From a virus (Duplodnaviria; Caudoviricetes), in IMG/VR virus record IMGVR_UViG_3300032038_000036, positions 36,727 through 100,726 of that record: a stretch of 64,000 nt of DNA; one strand, 5' to 3'. Position 1 is the first letter of the stretch; every line of letters begins with the position of its first letter. The translations under genes and the position numbers were made by a program. The notes beneath the pieces are model-generated. The model did not search any database, had not been told where the DNA came from, and saw only the letters and a program-made list of their open reading frames with translations. Shown in pieces: positions 36,716 through 47,803 of this stretch.

Positions 36716-37567
36716 ATGGTACAAATTACAAATCCGTTAGCCAAGATTGCGGTTAACAAGTCACTTTTAAAAGAATATTCAAATTCAGAGTATTCAAGAG
36801 TTGTTTATATGAAAAATAACTCAGAGTTTCAAATTCAAATTTTTAATCCTTACGATTACACAATTGGTGCAGACATTTCAATTAATGGTAAGAGAATGTC
36901 TAATCGTATTATCATCAAACCAGGTCAACGTATTTGGTTAGAAAGATATCTTGATGAAGCACGCAAATTCTTGTTCTCAACTTATGAGGTTGAAAATAGT
37001 TATGAAGCAAAACAAGCTATTCGTAATAATGGATTAATCAGTATTTCATTCTATAAAGAAAAGCCTTATCAAGAGCCTATACATATCTTTAAGTCAACAC
37101 CAGAGCCACAGCCATGGTATAATTATAGATTGTATAGTGATAATATTGATAATACTGCTCTTAATGCATATCATATTGACAATGCGGTTAATTTCTGCGC
37201 AGAAACAACAAGAGGTTTAGCAAAGAGTTCAGTAACATCTGCTGCAACATCTGCAACTTATACAAGTACATTAGGTATGGATGATATTAAACCTTCAGGA
37301 GCAAAGAATATTAATGCAAATATAAGAAGTAAGTCAATTGAAACTGGTCGTATTGAAAAGGGTTCACATTCAAATCAAGAGTTTGAGAATGTATTTATTG
37401 ATTTTGAATACTGTTCATTTGCACTTGAGACAATTCAAATACTTCCTGAATCTCAAAAACCCTACACTGATAAAGATCTTAAAAAAGTTTATTGTGTAAA
37501 TTGTGGACGTAAACTTAACACAAAATATAAGTTCTGTCCATACTGTGGTTATAGAATTGTATATTAA
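36716..37567 (+). CDS. hypothetical protein with C-terminal zinc ribbon
   Basis: CVNCG...FCPYCG. Confidence 0.75.
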   Translation: MVQITNPLAKIAVNKSLLKEYSNSEYSRVVYMKNNSEFQIQIFNPYDYTIGADISINGKRMSNRIIIKPGQRIWLERYLDEARKFLFSTYEVENSYEAKQAIRNNGLISISFYKEKPYQEPIHIFKSTPEPQPWYNYRLYSDNIDNTALNAYHIDNAVNFCAETTRGLAKSSVTSAATSATYTSTLGMDDIKPSGAKNINANIRSKSIETGRIEKGSHSNQEFENVFIDFEYCSFALETIQILPESQKPYTDKDLKKVYCVNCGRKLNTKYKFCPYCGYRIVY

Positions 37568-37581
37568 TAAATAAAGCGAGC

Positions 37582-38220
37582 TTATTGCTCGCTTTTTTGT
37601 TTTGGATAAACTCCGATATAATCCATGATATGCATGGTATCGTCATCTATCATTTCTTGAGTAATATAAGGGTTATGTTTCTTTGCATATAATGGTAAAC
37701 ACCAAGAACTCCAATCCATTTGTTTTATATTCTCCCAGAAACCTTTATCAGTGTCCCAATTGAATAAATGACAGTAATATTCTTTTATTGATGTAAATGG
37801 TAAGTTGTCATTTCTAAAATATGTTTTCCATGGGTGATGAGTTCCATATTCCCAAATCATATCTTTATAATCAATAACAGCAAAATTTGCTTCTTTCAAA
37901 TAAAGTTCTGCAATATCTAAAAACTTCTTATTATTTGTATTATCTTCAAGATAAATACGAATTATTGAACCTGGAAACTCAAATTTGAAATACTTACAAA
38001 TATCTGGAATAGTTGCAAAACTTATATTTTTTGATTTATAAAAACCATGTGCAGTATGCCAACGATCTTTGCATCTTGAAACTCGTACATCAAATATTCT
38101 TACACCTAAGTCATATTGGGTTTTAATATCTAACTTTTGACATCTCCAAAAAATAGATATTAAATTATGTAAAGGATTTATTGGCTTATCGTATGTAAAT
38201 GAATCGTGTGATGCTATCAT
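37582..38220 (-). CDS. PI-PLC X-box-like phosphodiesterase
   Basis: SHDSFTY, CQ..I..QY..GVRIFDVR, AHG motifs. Confidence 0.75.
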   Translation of the reverse strand: MIASHDSFTYDKPINPLHNLISIFWRCQKLDIKTQYDLGVRIFDVRVSRCKDRWHTAHGFYKSKNISFATIPDICKYFKFEFPGSIIRIYLEDNTNNKKFLDIAELYLKEANFAVIDYKDMIWEYGTHHPWKTYFRNDNLPFTSIKEYYCHLFNWDTDKGFWENIKQMDWSSWCLPLYAKKHNPYITQEMIDDDTMHIMDYIGVYPKQKSEQ

Positions 38221-38222
38221 AT

Positions 38223-38660
38223 TTATTCAACAACTAATTCTTCTTCAGGATTTATATCGTCTTCTTGGTCATCAGGAATACCGTTATGATTATCATCTTT
38301 TACTGGTCTTCCATTTTCATCAAGAGGTGGCACTTTAAATTTTGAATATGAAAATTCTGTCCATGCTGATGTTAATCCACCTGATGCAAATATACCTGCA
38401 ACTGCGCCAATGTATAAAGCCATATCAGATAAATTAATTGTCATTGTATGATTAAAGAATATATCAACAAGCATACCAACAATAGGTACAATTAATAAGA
38501 TTATACCTACAAACAAAGTTGCTAATAAGAAAAAGTTTAATGCACTAACATTATTATTTTCTTTAACAAGTTTTGCAAAATAATTATCGTTGTCTTCTTT
38601 CTTTTTCATGCCTTTATATAATCCGAAAGTAATTGTTCTTAATATTTTTTGTCCAAACAT
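38223..38660 (-). CDS. two-TM membrane protein (holin-like candidate)
   Basis: two hydrophobic segments, acidic C-terminus. Confidence 0.6.
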   Translation of the reverse strand: MFGQKILRTITFGLYKGMKKKEDNDNYFAKLVKENNNVSALNFFLLATLFVGIILLIVPIVGMLVDIFFNHTMTINLSDMALYIGAVAGIFASGGLTSAWTEFSYSKFKVPPLDENGRPVKDDNHNGIPDDQEDDINPEEELVVE

Positions 38661-38892
38661 AAAATTGTGATATATTTAATGCCTCAATATATCAAATCCT
38701 ATATATTAATAATAACCCAAAAAATTGATTTATGTTAATCTGATGGAAATCAAATAATTAACTAATGATAATTGGGTTAATTTAAATTAATTATTTCATA
38801 GTTATAAGAGAAAAAGCATATATTTCTATACCAATTTTGTTATTTTGAACTATATTTAATTGTAATTAATTGTAAAAAGTACAATAAATATT

Positions 38893-39638
38893 ATGAAAGA
38901 AATAATGGTAGTATTAGGAGTTCTGCTTATATGTATTTTTCTAATAAAAATAAAAGATGAAATATAATATGAAGACAGTAAAGAACTTTTTTAAGAACGC
39001 ATGGGATTGCTACTGCCAAGCTATGGCACTTGCATATTATCCTTATTATATGAAGCATGAAACTTCATCAAATGATTAATAGACAATAAATAACAAACAA
39101 CAGTAAAAATATTAAAAATTAGAATTATGAAAACAATTAAAAGAATTACAAAAACATTAGTTCATGGTTATATTAACGGTATGAAAGAAAGTGCTAGATG
39201 GCAGTACGGATATTTATACGAGAAATAACCAATAATTAAATAAAAGATATGAAACATAATTTTATAAAGTGGTTCATATCGGATTATATAGAGATTATCA
39301 AGTATATTAAAACTTTAATAGAAAAACAAAGAATTAAAAAAATTGTTAATCGGTAATTATGAACAAGTTAGTTAAAAAAATTAAAGAATATTTTAGAGTA
39401 AACGCTTCACAAACAATTGAAGAGAAACATCAAAAATATGCATATAGATTTTATTAATTATGAAAACAATAAAACGAATTGTAAAAAAAATAATATCTGG
39501 TAATGTTCTTATGACACCAACAGGTATGATACCAATGAATATATGAAAACAATAATTGTTGGTATATTGTTTATATTTGGACTTATAATTGCAAAAGCAG
39601 TTGATACATATTTTCAGTCCAAACATTATTTTAAGTAA
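38893..39638 (+). other. operon of seven microprotein genes (about 24-36 aa each)
   Basis: ORFs starting at 38893, 38969, 39127, 39249, 39359, 39460, 39543; promoter motif upstream; terminator downstream. Confidence 0.7.
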
Positions 39639-39664
39639 ACTCCTTAAAACAACATACAACCATT

Positions 39665-39692
39665 AAAAAAAGGCGAGCATTAGCTCGCCTTT
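39665..39692. terminator. bidirectional intrinsic terminator
   Basis: AAAAAAAGGCGAGC-ATTA-GCTCGCCTTT. Confidence 0.75.
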
Positions 39693-39694
39693 CA

Positions 39695-40618
39695 TTATCT
39701 ATCTCTAAATACGCCTCCCTCATATCCTTGAATAGTTTTATCTATTTCAGATTTGTCTATTCGATATTGACCCAATTCACAGTATTCTTTTTCTATTTCA
39801 ATACAAGTATAATTTCTTCCTAATTTATTTGCAACAACTCCTGCTGTACAAACTCCTGCAAATGGTTCGTAAATCCTATCTTCAGGTTTTGATGATGCAA
39901 GAATTAATTTTGCAAATAATTTTTCAGATTTTTGTGTTGGATGATCTGTATTTTCTGGCATTGACCAAAATGGTACTGTAATATCAAACCAAATATTTGA
40001 TGGATATGTCATTCGCATATTACCTTCTTCAGTTGATTCCCAATCCTTATTATTTCCATTTTTATCTTTATATGGAGCTAATACTTTCTTTTTGATTTTA
40101 ACTGCTTCAACATCAAAATAATAATTTGCTTTATCTTTAACAACCATATAAATATCTTCGGAATTATTCTTCCAATTATTCATTGCACCACGACCTTTAT
40201 CTCGTGCCCATGTTATTCTATTAATAACATCATTTGTTGCAACTCCAGTTGTATCAAGATTTTGTAAAGCAAGATATTCAATAAATGAAGTTTTCCAATC
40301 ACCACAAACATACATTGTTCCATTAGGCTTCAAAACACGCAAGCATTCCTTGAATATATCATAAACATATTTCAAATATTCATCTTGGTCCATTGCTTTG
40401 AATGTTGTTGTGCTATATTGCTTGGTTAAATTATATGGAGGATCTACTATGATTAAATCAAAATATTTATCTGGAATTGTTTTGTTAATTTCATTGAAAT
40501 CTCCATGAATTATCTGATTCTTATTTTCAATAAATACATGATCTATTTTTGGAGCAACTATACCTATTTCCTCAGCTGATAATGTTATAGTTCTATTCAT
40601 TGAGGCTCTTTCTTTCAT
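39695..40618 (-). CDS. N4/N6 DNA methyltransferase (beta class)
   Basis: DPPY, HPTQK, EPFAG motifs. Confidence 0.9.
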   Translation of the reverse strand: MKERASMNRTITLSAEEIGIVAPKIDHVFIENKNQIIHGDFNEINKTIPDKYFDLIIVDPPYNLTKQYSTTTFKAMDQDEYLKYVYDIFKECLRVLKPNGTMYVCGDWKTSFIEYLALQNLDTTGVATNDVINRITWARDKGRGAMNNWKNNSEDIYMVVKDKANYYFDVEAVKIKKKVLAPYKDKNGNNKDWESTEEGNMRMTYPSNIWFDITVPFWSMPENTDHPTQKSEKLFAKLILASSKPEDRIYEPFAGVCTAGVVANKLGRNYTCIEIEKEYCELGQYRIDKSEIDKTIQGYEGGVFRDR

Positions 40619-40686
40619 TCATCTAATAAACATATATTTTATACAATATAGTAATTATATATTAATAAATTTTAAATTTTGTTAAA

Positions 40687-42642
40687 TTATTGTCCAGTCG
40701 CAAATATATCATATGTACCTTTTTGATTTGGAATATATCCACCAAGACGATTTGCAAATATATCATCTCCATTATTCATTGGTGGGAACATTGGACTGTT
40801 ATCACCAAAGTAATCAAAGCTTCTATCTCCCCATTTGTTATTATAACTATCTTCAACTTCAGATTCAATATATTCTTCAATTAATGATTTATATTTACCT
40901 GTCTGTTGTACCATAGGAATTTGAACAAATGTCATAATTAAATCATCATGTCCATAAGAAGCTTTATATGATCCATTGCCATTTTTATCTTCAAAGTTTT
41001 CAAGTTCACCAAGAGATATAAGGTCAGTAGTATCAATTTGTTCCTTTTCAAATAATATCTTTAACAATGAACAAGCTGTACCTTTATTTCCTGATGTAAA
41101 CTTAATACCAGGGATAAAGTTTGATGTTGATTTTGTTCTACCAAGAATTTGTTCATCCATTGCTGTTTTCTTATACATAACAAAGTTTGATAATTCAAGT
41201 TCATCAACAATATTAAATCTATAAGCAGCTTCAGTGTTAAAATCATCATCATTCAAATCCATAAGCATTCTATAGAATAATGCTCCATAAGTATTCCATT
41301 CTAATGACCAAATACATCTATCATAATTGAATAATTGCCCAGCTAATAACCAAAATTCTAAAGCAGCATGTTCAAGATCTACTGAATTGGCTTTCCAATA
41401 ACCAACATGTTTAAATTTGTCCTTTCCTACAATTTGGAATATATTGAATATAGTGGAATCATTTCCACCGCCTTCTGCTAAGTCAATTGTTAATAAAAAG
41501 AATACTTTCTTAAGCAATATCAAATCAAAATCTGGTCTGAAGAACAAATTCTGATGATATTGTAAATGTGTTCCATATAAATCTTCAAGTTCTTCTGTTT
41601 TTGGTTCCCACAATATTGCTTTATCTCGTAATCTTGATAAACATTCACGAGATACAAGACATTGGTCAGAAGCAGAGAATTGTGTACCGTATTGATAATA
41701 GAAAGCTTCTTCACTTCCTAATATACCAATCATTTCTTCCTTCCATTTTTCAGTACGTTTTTCCCAGATCTTTAATTTTGTATTAAATTGTGGTACTTGA
41801 TACCAGTCAACTTTAAATGGTGCATATATGTTTTTCTTTTCAATTGCACCTTTCCACAATTTATAGAATAAGTTAAATCCATTCTGTGTTGACATTATAC
41901 AAACATTTGAGTCAGTAATAGTTGTTACAGTAGGTATAATGTTATTATAGAACAATTCAACATCATTAGGTGGACACCAAGCAAACTCATCAAGAATAAG
42001 GAAATTGATTGTTTTACCAAGACCTGCAGTTGGTGAGAATGATTCTGTTGCAATTGTTGAATTATTATCAAATGAAATTTCTGTTTGATTCCATTTCATA
42101 GTACCTATCTTCAAATGATAAGGAAGATACAAGTACATATCTTTTATTTTTTTAATCAAGTCTACACCAGCTGGACCTGATTTTGATAATATAAGTCCAT
42201 TCTTATCTGAATTGAACAATATAACCCAAAGACAATAAATTGCTGTTGTCGTTGATTTACCAGATTGACGACAACTTAAGAATATGCTAAATCTATTGTT
42301 TTGTAAATGTCTTATATAATCTTCTTGATAATCACGTAACTTACAGGCTTTCAAACCTTCAGGTGTCATCAAGAAACATTTTGAAGCGAAATATATTGGG
42401 TCAGTTGCACAATGCTTATAATCTTCTATTTCTTCAGGAGTATATCTTCTAACAAGTTCAGGTTTTAATAACTTTGTATTCTTGTTTAAAAAAGGACTAG
42501 CCTTTAATGGCTGTCCTGATTGAATACCTTCTAATGCTTTTTGTATAACTGAAGTTGACCAAATAACCTTTTCGGCAGCTTTACCACCAACTTGTTCTTT
42601 TATCGGATTATACTCATATTCAAATTCTTTATCTTTAGCCAT
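40687..42642 (-). CDS. terL: terminase large subunit (T4 gp17-like)
   Basis: LRDYQ, RQSGKS Walker A, LILDEFAW, STQNG, IDLAEG, HDDL. Confidence 0.92.
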   Translation of the reverse strand: MAKDKEFEYEYNPIKEQVGGKAAEKVIWSTSVIQKALEGIQSGQPLKASPFLNKNTKLLKPELVRRYTPEEIEDYKHCATDPIYFASKCFLMTPEGLKACKLRDYQEDYIRHLQNNRFSIFLSCRQSGKSTTTAIYCLWVILFNSDKNGLILSKSGPAGVDLIKKIKDMYLYLPYHLKIGTMKWNQTEISFDNNSTIATESFSPTAGLGKTINFLILDEFAWCPPNDVELFYNNIIPTVTTITDSNVCIMSTQNGFNLFYKLWKGAIEKKNIYAPFKVDWYQVPQFNTKLKIWEKRTEKWKEEMIGILGSEEAFYYQYGTQFSASDQCLVSRECLSRLRDKAILWEPKTEELEDLYGTHLQYHQNLFFRPDFDLILLKKVFFLLTIDLAEGGGNDSTIFNIFQIVGKDKFKHVGYWKANSVDLEHAALEFWLLAGQLFNYDRCIWSLEWNTYGALFYRMLMDLNDDDFNTEAAYRFNIVDELELSNFVMYKKTAMDEQILGRTKSTSNFIPGIKFTSGNKGTACSLLKILFEKEQIDTTDLISLGELENFEDKNGNGSYKASYGHDDLIMTFVQIPMVQQTGKYKSLIEEYIESEVEDSYNNKWGDRSFDYFGDNSPMFPPMNNGDDIFANRLGGYIPNQKGTYDIFATGQ

Positions 42643-42644
42643 AT

Positions 42645-43643
42645 TTACAATCCTATTAAGGCAAATATTTTTAACTTTGCTTTTTGTATAGCTGCATCAG
42701 CTTTTATTTTTGCTTTCTTTTCAACTTTCTTTTTTTCGTCTACAATTTTTTTAGCTTGTTTTTCAAGTTCTTTATTATATAATCTTACAATATTAGATCC
42801 AATTTTATCACCCTCATCTTGACAGAAATCATCAATATCTTTTTCAATTTTCTTATATCCTGTTTCTAATTCTTGAGTGATATTCTTTTCAGCTCTTGCT
42901 ATTTCTTTATCTACATTTTGTTGTACCCATTCTGCACCTTCAGCAATATGTGATGTAATCTTACCGATAGTTTCGGCACTTTTTGCAGCTACCTTTTGTG
43001 CAGATTCAATAAACTTTGAAGCTTTCTTTTTTGCTTCATCTGCCTTTTTATTTTTCTTCTTTTCATTATTGTCTTCCTTTTTACTTTCATCTAAATCTTC
43101 AACAGGAGTTGTCATTTGAGGCATGACGTCTCCTAATGATAATTTAACTGGTTCATAAGGTTGACCATTTCTATCTATATCGCCTTTTGATTTTCCAACT
43201 CTTGCAGATGTATAACCTGCAATTCTCCCAGGAATTGATGCAGGTAATGCAATCATTTTCGTAGTATATTCTGCAGCTAATGAAACTGCTTTATTTGCAA
43301 TTGCATCATTAACAGCTGCAGCTACCGCTGCTGCGGCTGCTGTTGCATCTCCAGCATTGTCCATTATTGACTTAACATCTACCTCAGATTTCTTTTCTTC
43401 TGAATGTATAGGATCTGGATAATCTGGGCCACTATTTTCTGGATCTGCTGTATCTGTTCCTGGATAATCTTTAGGATTACCAGTTGCCATTGAGTTTGGT
43501 GGATCACCTGCTAATAATGGAACAATCTTTGGATCTGGTGGTTCAGGTTCAAACATTGGAGTAAATGCTGGAGCAGGTTCAATCATTGGACCATTATATG
43601 TTGCTTGCCCATAACTTTCAGCTCCTATATATCCTTCACTCAT
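42645..43643 (-). CDS. hypothetical protein (Pro-rich N-term, coiled-coil C-term)
   Basis: likely start MSEGYIG. Confidence 0.7.
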   Translation of the reverse strand: MSEGYIGAESYGQATYNGPMIEPAPAFTPMFEPEPPDPKIVPLLAGDPPNSMATGNPKDYPGTDTADPENSGPDYPDPIHSEEKKSEVDVKSIMDNAGDATAAAAAVAAAVNDAIANKAVSLAAEYTTKMIALPASIPGRIAGYTSARVGKSKGDIDRNGQPYEPVKLSLGDVMPQMTTPVEDLDESKKEDNNEKKKNKKADEAKKKASKFIESAQKVAAKSAETIGKITSHIAEGAEWVQQNVDKEIARAEKNITQELETGYKKIEKDIDDFCQDEGDKIGSNIVRLYNKELEKQAKKIVDEKKKVEKKAKIKADAAIQKAKLKIFALIGL

Positions 43644-43659
43644 ATAAACTAAAATATAT

Positions 43660-44361
43660 TTAATTAACGTGACATTTTGCACATAATATATCGTTAGCAG
43701 TAAATGAATTTGCTAACTGTTGTAATGGTTCTTGTAAATGAGATGTATATGGGCTTCCTGCTGCAGCTGCAGCAACGGCCATACACTTTTCTTGCATTCC
43801 ACCTCTTAATGTTTGACATTTATGTCCCATAACAGCTGGTTCATAAGGTCCTGCAGGTGAATTGTCTCCGCCACATTGAAGTATATTTCCTGATGTAACA
43901 TTAATATTACAATCATGAATATTCAACTTATATTCTCGTGTTGGAAAAAAGTCAATATAGTCTTCACCAATTACTTGTTTGTAACCTTGCTTATTATCCC
44001 AAGTTGACATAATTGGTGTTTCCATTTCTTCACGAGCATGAAATACATCAGGTGTATCGTCATAATACTCATTAAGATATCCTTGTACTATGTCAATTGT
44101 TTCAAAGAATGGAAACCACCAAAATTCGTTATAATTTGATTTATTAACTAAAACCCATACTTTTTGACCTTTAAGAGGCTTTGTAAATGTTTGATAACAA
44201 TACATCTTAAATGGTCTTACCCAAGGCAAGGCTTCTTTTGTTGGTGTTGTTGTATGATGAATAACTCCAGGAATTGAACATCTAACACGTCCAATTTTAA
44301 GAGGGTCATCATTATACTCAACAACACTCTCAATAATATAATAATCTATTAATTCTCCCAT
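43660..44361 (-). CDS. baseplate hub gp5/VgrG-like OB-fold protein
   Basis: DDPLKIGRVRC..G..LPW..P..GQKVWV. Confidence 0.7.
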   Translation of the reverse strand: MGELIDYYIIESVVEYNDDPLKIGRVRCSIPGVIHHTTTPTKEALPWVRPFKMYCYQTFTKPLKGQKVWVLVNKSNYNEFWWFPFFETIDIVQGYLNEYYDDTPDVFHAREEMETPIMSTWDNKQGYKQVIGEDYIDFFPTREYKLNIHDCNINVTSGNILQCGGDNSPAGPYEPAVMGHKCQTLRGGMQEKCMAVAAAAAGSPYTSHLQEPLQQLANSFTANDILCAKCHVN

Positions 44362-44383
44362 CTATAAATATAATAAAAATAAA

Positions 44384-44830
44384 TTAAGTTAATACTTTAT
44401 CTAATGAATTATAATCAACCATGTTGTCATATCCAACTAATGGAACTTCTTTGTTAGGGTCATACATTGTAAATATATACTTAACCCATGCAAATCTTTT
44501 ACGATTTTTTAAATAATCCCAATCATATGTATGATAAAAAGCTTCTTGTTCAAATGATATTGAACGATATGCTACTTTTGAAATTGTTCTACCATACTTC
44601 TTTTTCTTATAAAACCAACTAAATGGAATTTTAATTATCCATTCTAAAACATATAAAGGCAAGAAAAATACATAAAGTAAATCTTTATATTGTTCAGTAT
44701 GAATAGATTCGTGATTATATGTACTTTGTTTAAGTCTACCACGATATTCATTACGACCAAATAATACTCCAAATAGATTCATATATGAGAATCCAGAAAA
44801 TGGAATAATTGAATTATAAATTACTTTCAT
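44384..44830 (-). CDS. HExxH zincin-like protein
   Basis: NHESIHTEQ...AYRSISFEQEA. Confidence 0.6.
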   Translation of the reverse strand: MKVIYNSIIPFSGFSYMNLFGVLFGRNEYRGRLKQSTYNHESIHTEQYKDLLYVFFLPLYVLEWIIKIPFSWFYKKKKYGRTISKVAYRSISFEQEAFYHTYDWDYLKNRKRFAWVKYIFTMYDPNKEVPLVGYDNMVDYNSLDKVLT

Positions 44831-45345
44831 ATTTTATTAAAATTTATTTGTGATGCTTCTGCTTGTTTAGCAGTATTTTGTTGCAACTTTGCTTTTTCTT
44901 CTTTTTTAACGTGATCCTTCATAAGTTTATCGTATTTTTCGCTAACCTTCTTTCGTTTTTCTAATGATTTACGCATCTTATCAGGATCTTCCCAATCTTC
45001 AATCCATTTTTCATCACCTATGCATTGGTTCAATAATTTATCATAAAGTTCAAATATGTTTTTATGATCTTTATCAATTAAACGGAACCAATAATAGTAT
45101 TTATCAGAATCATTTTTATCTCCCAATGGAAAGCCTTCCATTTTTGTTACTTCTTCAAAGAAATGTTCAATATTACCTAATGCTGCCCATGCACACCCAG
45201 TATCTTTACTATATGATTCACATTTATCGTAAATCAATCCACATATCTCTCTATATAAATCACCTCTTAAATCAAGTGGTGCATCTCCTTCATTAGGTTC
45301 ATATCCCCAAGAACCTTCATTTATAAATTCATTAAGATTCTTCAT
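44827..45345 (-). CDS. hypothetical protein
   Basis: N-terminal MKNLNEFINEG. Confidence 0.7.
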   Translation of the reverse strand: MKNLNEFINEGSWGYEPNEGDAPLDLRGDLYREICGLIYDKCESYSKDTGCAWAALGNIEHFFEEVTKMEGFPLGDKNDSDKYYYWFRLIDKDHKNIFELYDKLLNQCIGDEKWIEDWEDPDKMRKSLEKRKKVSEKYDKLMKDHVKKEEKAKLQQNTAKQAEASQINFNKI

Positions 45346-45931
45346 TTCCGTATAACTTATTGAATATTTCTAAATAATTTACTTCATTAAGATTTTCATT
45401 TAAACCTGAATATGGTTCTATTTTATCTAATTCATTATAAAAATCATCAATTGCTTTATCAAGATTTTCTAACTTACGATCTTTACAACGATATTCAAGA
45501 TGCCAACAAGTACTTTTGTTTTCAACACCTGTTAAAGGATCTCCATGAATATCAAAATACAAATGCCATTTATTATCTAATTTTGAATGATAATCAAATA
45601 TTTCTAAATACTTATGCATAAAAACCAAAAATGCGCATAAATATTCCATCTTATGAAACCAAAAGAAATAAACCAAATGACCACCTTTATATAATACTGC
45701 ACCTGGATAATTATCATTCTGTTTTGAATCTAAAGGTTCTATTAAATTCTTTTTTGCTAATACTTCTCTTATTTTATTAGAATCTTTATAATTGCTAATA
45801 TAATGTGTTTCAACAGAGTCACACAATTCATTTATAGTATTATATTTACTATAATCATCAACTTGATTTGTTATCTTTGCACCACCAACTTTAATGGCAG
45901 CTTCATTAATTGTATTAGTTAATCGTTTCAT
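45332..45931 (-). CDS. hypothetical protein
   Basis: likely start MKRLTNTINEA. Confidence 0.7.
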   Translation of the reverse strand: MKRLTNTINEAAIKVGGAKITNQVDDYSKYNTINELCDSVETHYISNYKDSNKIREVLAKKNLIEPLDSKQNDNYPGAVLYKGGHLVYFFWFHKMEYLCAFLVFMHKYLEIFDYHSKLDNKWHLYFDIHGDPLTGVENKSTCWHLEYRCKDRKLENLDKAIDDFYNELDKIEPYSGLNENLNEVNYLEIFNKLYGNEES

Positions 45932-45935
45932 ATTA

Positions 45936-47702
45936 TTATACTTGTGTTGTTTCTGGAGATTCAGGTTGTACTTCACCCATCATTTCGTCATCTATATCTG
46001 ATGCATCTGATTCTGGTTCTTCACCACCTGTTTCTTCAGTTCCTGTTTCTTCTTCAGCACCAGCTTCTTCCTCTTCAGCTCCGCCTTCTTCGCCTTTTTG
46101 TTTTGCAAGCTTTTCTTCCATCTTGTACTTTTCATTCAATTCAAGGTCAGCATCAGACATCTTAAGATATTTCATAACCAAGAACTTAAGTGAGAAGAAT
46201 GATTCTTCATTACCATCAGCATCAGTTGTTGCTAAACTATCTTTCATTGTACCAATAAATTCAATTCTCTTTGTCATAACTTCAATGTCCATCATTTCTT
46301 CAAACAAGTTGTATGAGTTCCAACGAAGAGAAATTGAGTCAAGTATACGTTTATCGTTTTTAATATCTGGAACAGAAAGTGTTAATTGAATACGAAGCGG
46401 TTTAAGTAATATTTCTGCAAATGAATTACGAAGACGAGTAACAAAACGTGAGAAGTCAATTTCATCACGTAATGCTTGTGTTGGATCATTACCGAACCAA
46501 GTTGATTGAGCTTCTTTATCAAATCTATTTGCAGGTATTTTTGACATCTTCCAAAGTTTAGATTCAAACCATCTTATTTGGTCAGAGTCATTAAGCATAG
46601 GACCATTATCAACAAGTGTTTCAATTTGAGGTGCACCATTTTCAGTTTCTGGGAACCAATATTCTTTATTGAATGGCAAGTTCATTTTACCATTAACTGT
46701 CAATTCACCTGTTTCTGTATTGAATGATATATCTTCTTTATATCTATTCATTGAATTTGCAAGTGTCTGCATACCATTCTTCTTTGACATTGAACCTACA
46801 GGAATTGTAAATAATGTCTTAAATGATGATTGTGTTACCGTCCAAATAACTTGTGCTTGTTCAATGATACGATACAAATTAAATGGACGAATCAAACGCT
46901 CAAGATATGATTGTCTTGTTGATACACCACTATCTTCATATTTTATATAAATAACTTGTGAGTCAAGCAATGTACGTTCAAATCCAAGTTTACCTTCAAA
47001 CTGAATCCAATATGTTGTACCGTCTTTAATCTTTTGAGTTAATGTTGCTGGGTCAATATCAATAATACCAATAATTGCTTTTGGATTTTCAAGGTTATCA
47101 TAAACAATTTCATATGCCATTACACCGTCTATCAAATAACGCTTATATTCATCCCAAGCAAACTTTTTCCATTCAAGTAATAAATAAATCTTATAGAACG
47201 CAATATCCATAGCATTACGAATTTCTTCAGCTGACTTTTCATTCAAATCTTGAATAAGACCTGTATCTAAGAATGGAGTACAAATATAAGATTCATCATC
47301 ATCATATACAATTGATTCATTAGACATAATATCAAGAATATCTTCAAGTTCAGGCTGCATAGCCATCTTACGAAGAATATCACGTTTCTGCTCTAATGTT
47401 TTTTCAGCAAATGATTTGTCTTCTTCTGGTTTTACTTTCCAGTTATTCATTGATGATCCCATAAGAACTTGTTGCAATGCAACTTCTTCTTTAGGTTGAA
47501 TTGCTTTATCTGCTGGAAATGCAACCATGTTCTTATAAACCTGGTCATTATAGTTCATTCCATAATGAGATAAAGAAGTCAATATCTTAGACCATCTTGT
47601 TGGTTTTTGTGTACTATCATAAGATTGCTGGAAATTTTTCTGTACCGCTTCATTAATAGTTTGTTCATTTTCCAACACACTTTCTAAATTACCAAATATC
47701 AT
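45936..47702 (-). CDS. portal protein (T4 gp20-like)
   Basis: YLIDG, SYLE..RP.N...IE, KEYWFP, LRDEIDFSRFVTRLR; acidic tail. Confidence 0.88.
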   Translation of the reverse strand: MIFGNLESVLENEQTINEAVQKNFQQSYDSTQKPTRWSKILTSLSHYGMNYNDQVYKNMVAFPADKAIQPKEEVALQQVLMGSSMNNWKVKPEEDKSFAEKTLEQKRDILRKMAMQPELEDILDIMSNESIVYDDDESYICTPFLDTGLIQDLNEKSAEEIRNAMDIAFYKIYLLLEWKKFAWDEYKRYLIDGVMAYEIVYDNLENPKAIIGIIDIDPATLTQKIKDGTTYWIQFEGKLGFERTLLDSQVIYIKYEDSGVSTRQSYLERLIRPFNLYRIIEQAQVIWTVTQSSFKTLFTIPVGSMSKKNGMQTLANSMNRYKEDISFNTETGELTVNGKMNLPFNKEYWFPETENGAPQIETLVDNGPMLNDSDQIRWFESKLWKMSKIPANRFDKEAQSTWFGNDPTQALRDEIDFSRFVTRLRNSFAEILLKPLRIQLTLSVPDIKNDKRILDSISLRWNSYNLFEEMMDIEVMTKRIEFIGTMKDSLATTDADGNEESFFSLKFLVMKYLKMSDADLELNEKYKMEEKLAKQKGEEGGAEEEEAGAEEETGTEETGGEEPESDASDIDDEMMGEVQPESPETTQV

Positions 47703-47803
47703 AATTTATCAAATATATGTATATATAAAAATATATTTTTTGGTTTATTGTATGCTTTACAATAAGATATATTTATTTTAAAAATAAGATTTTTTCTAAA
47801 TAA

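Noticed and set aside
39393-39659. 88 aa minus-strand ORF
   Set aside because: Antisense shadow of the plus-strand microprotein operon.
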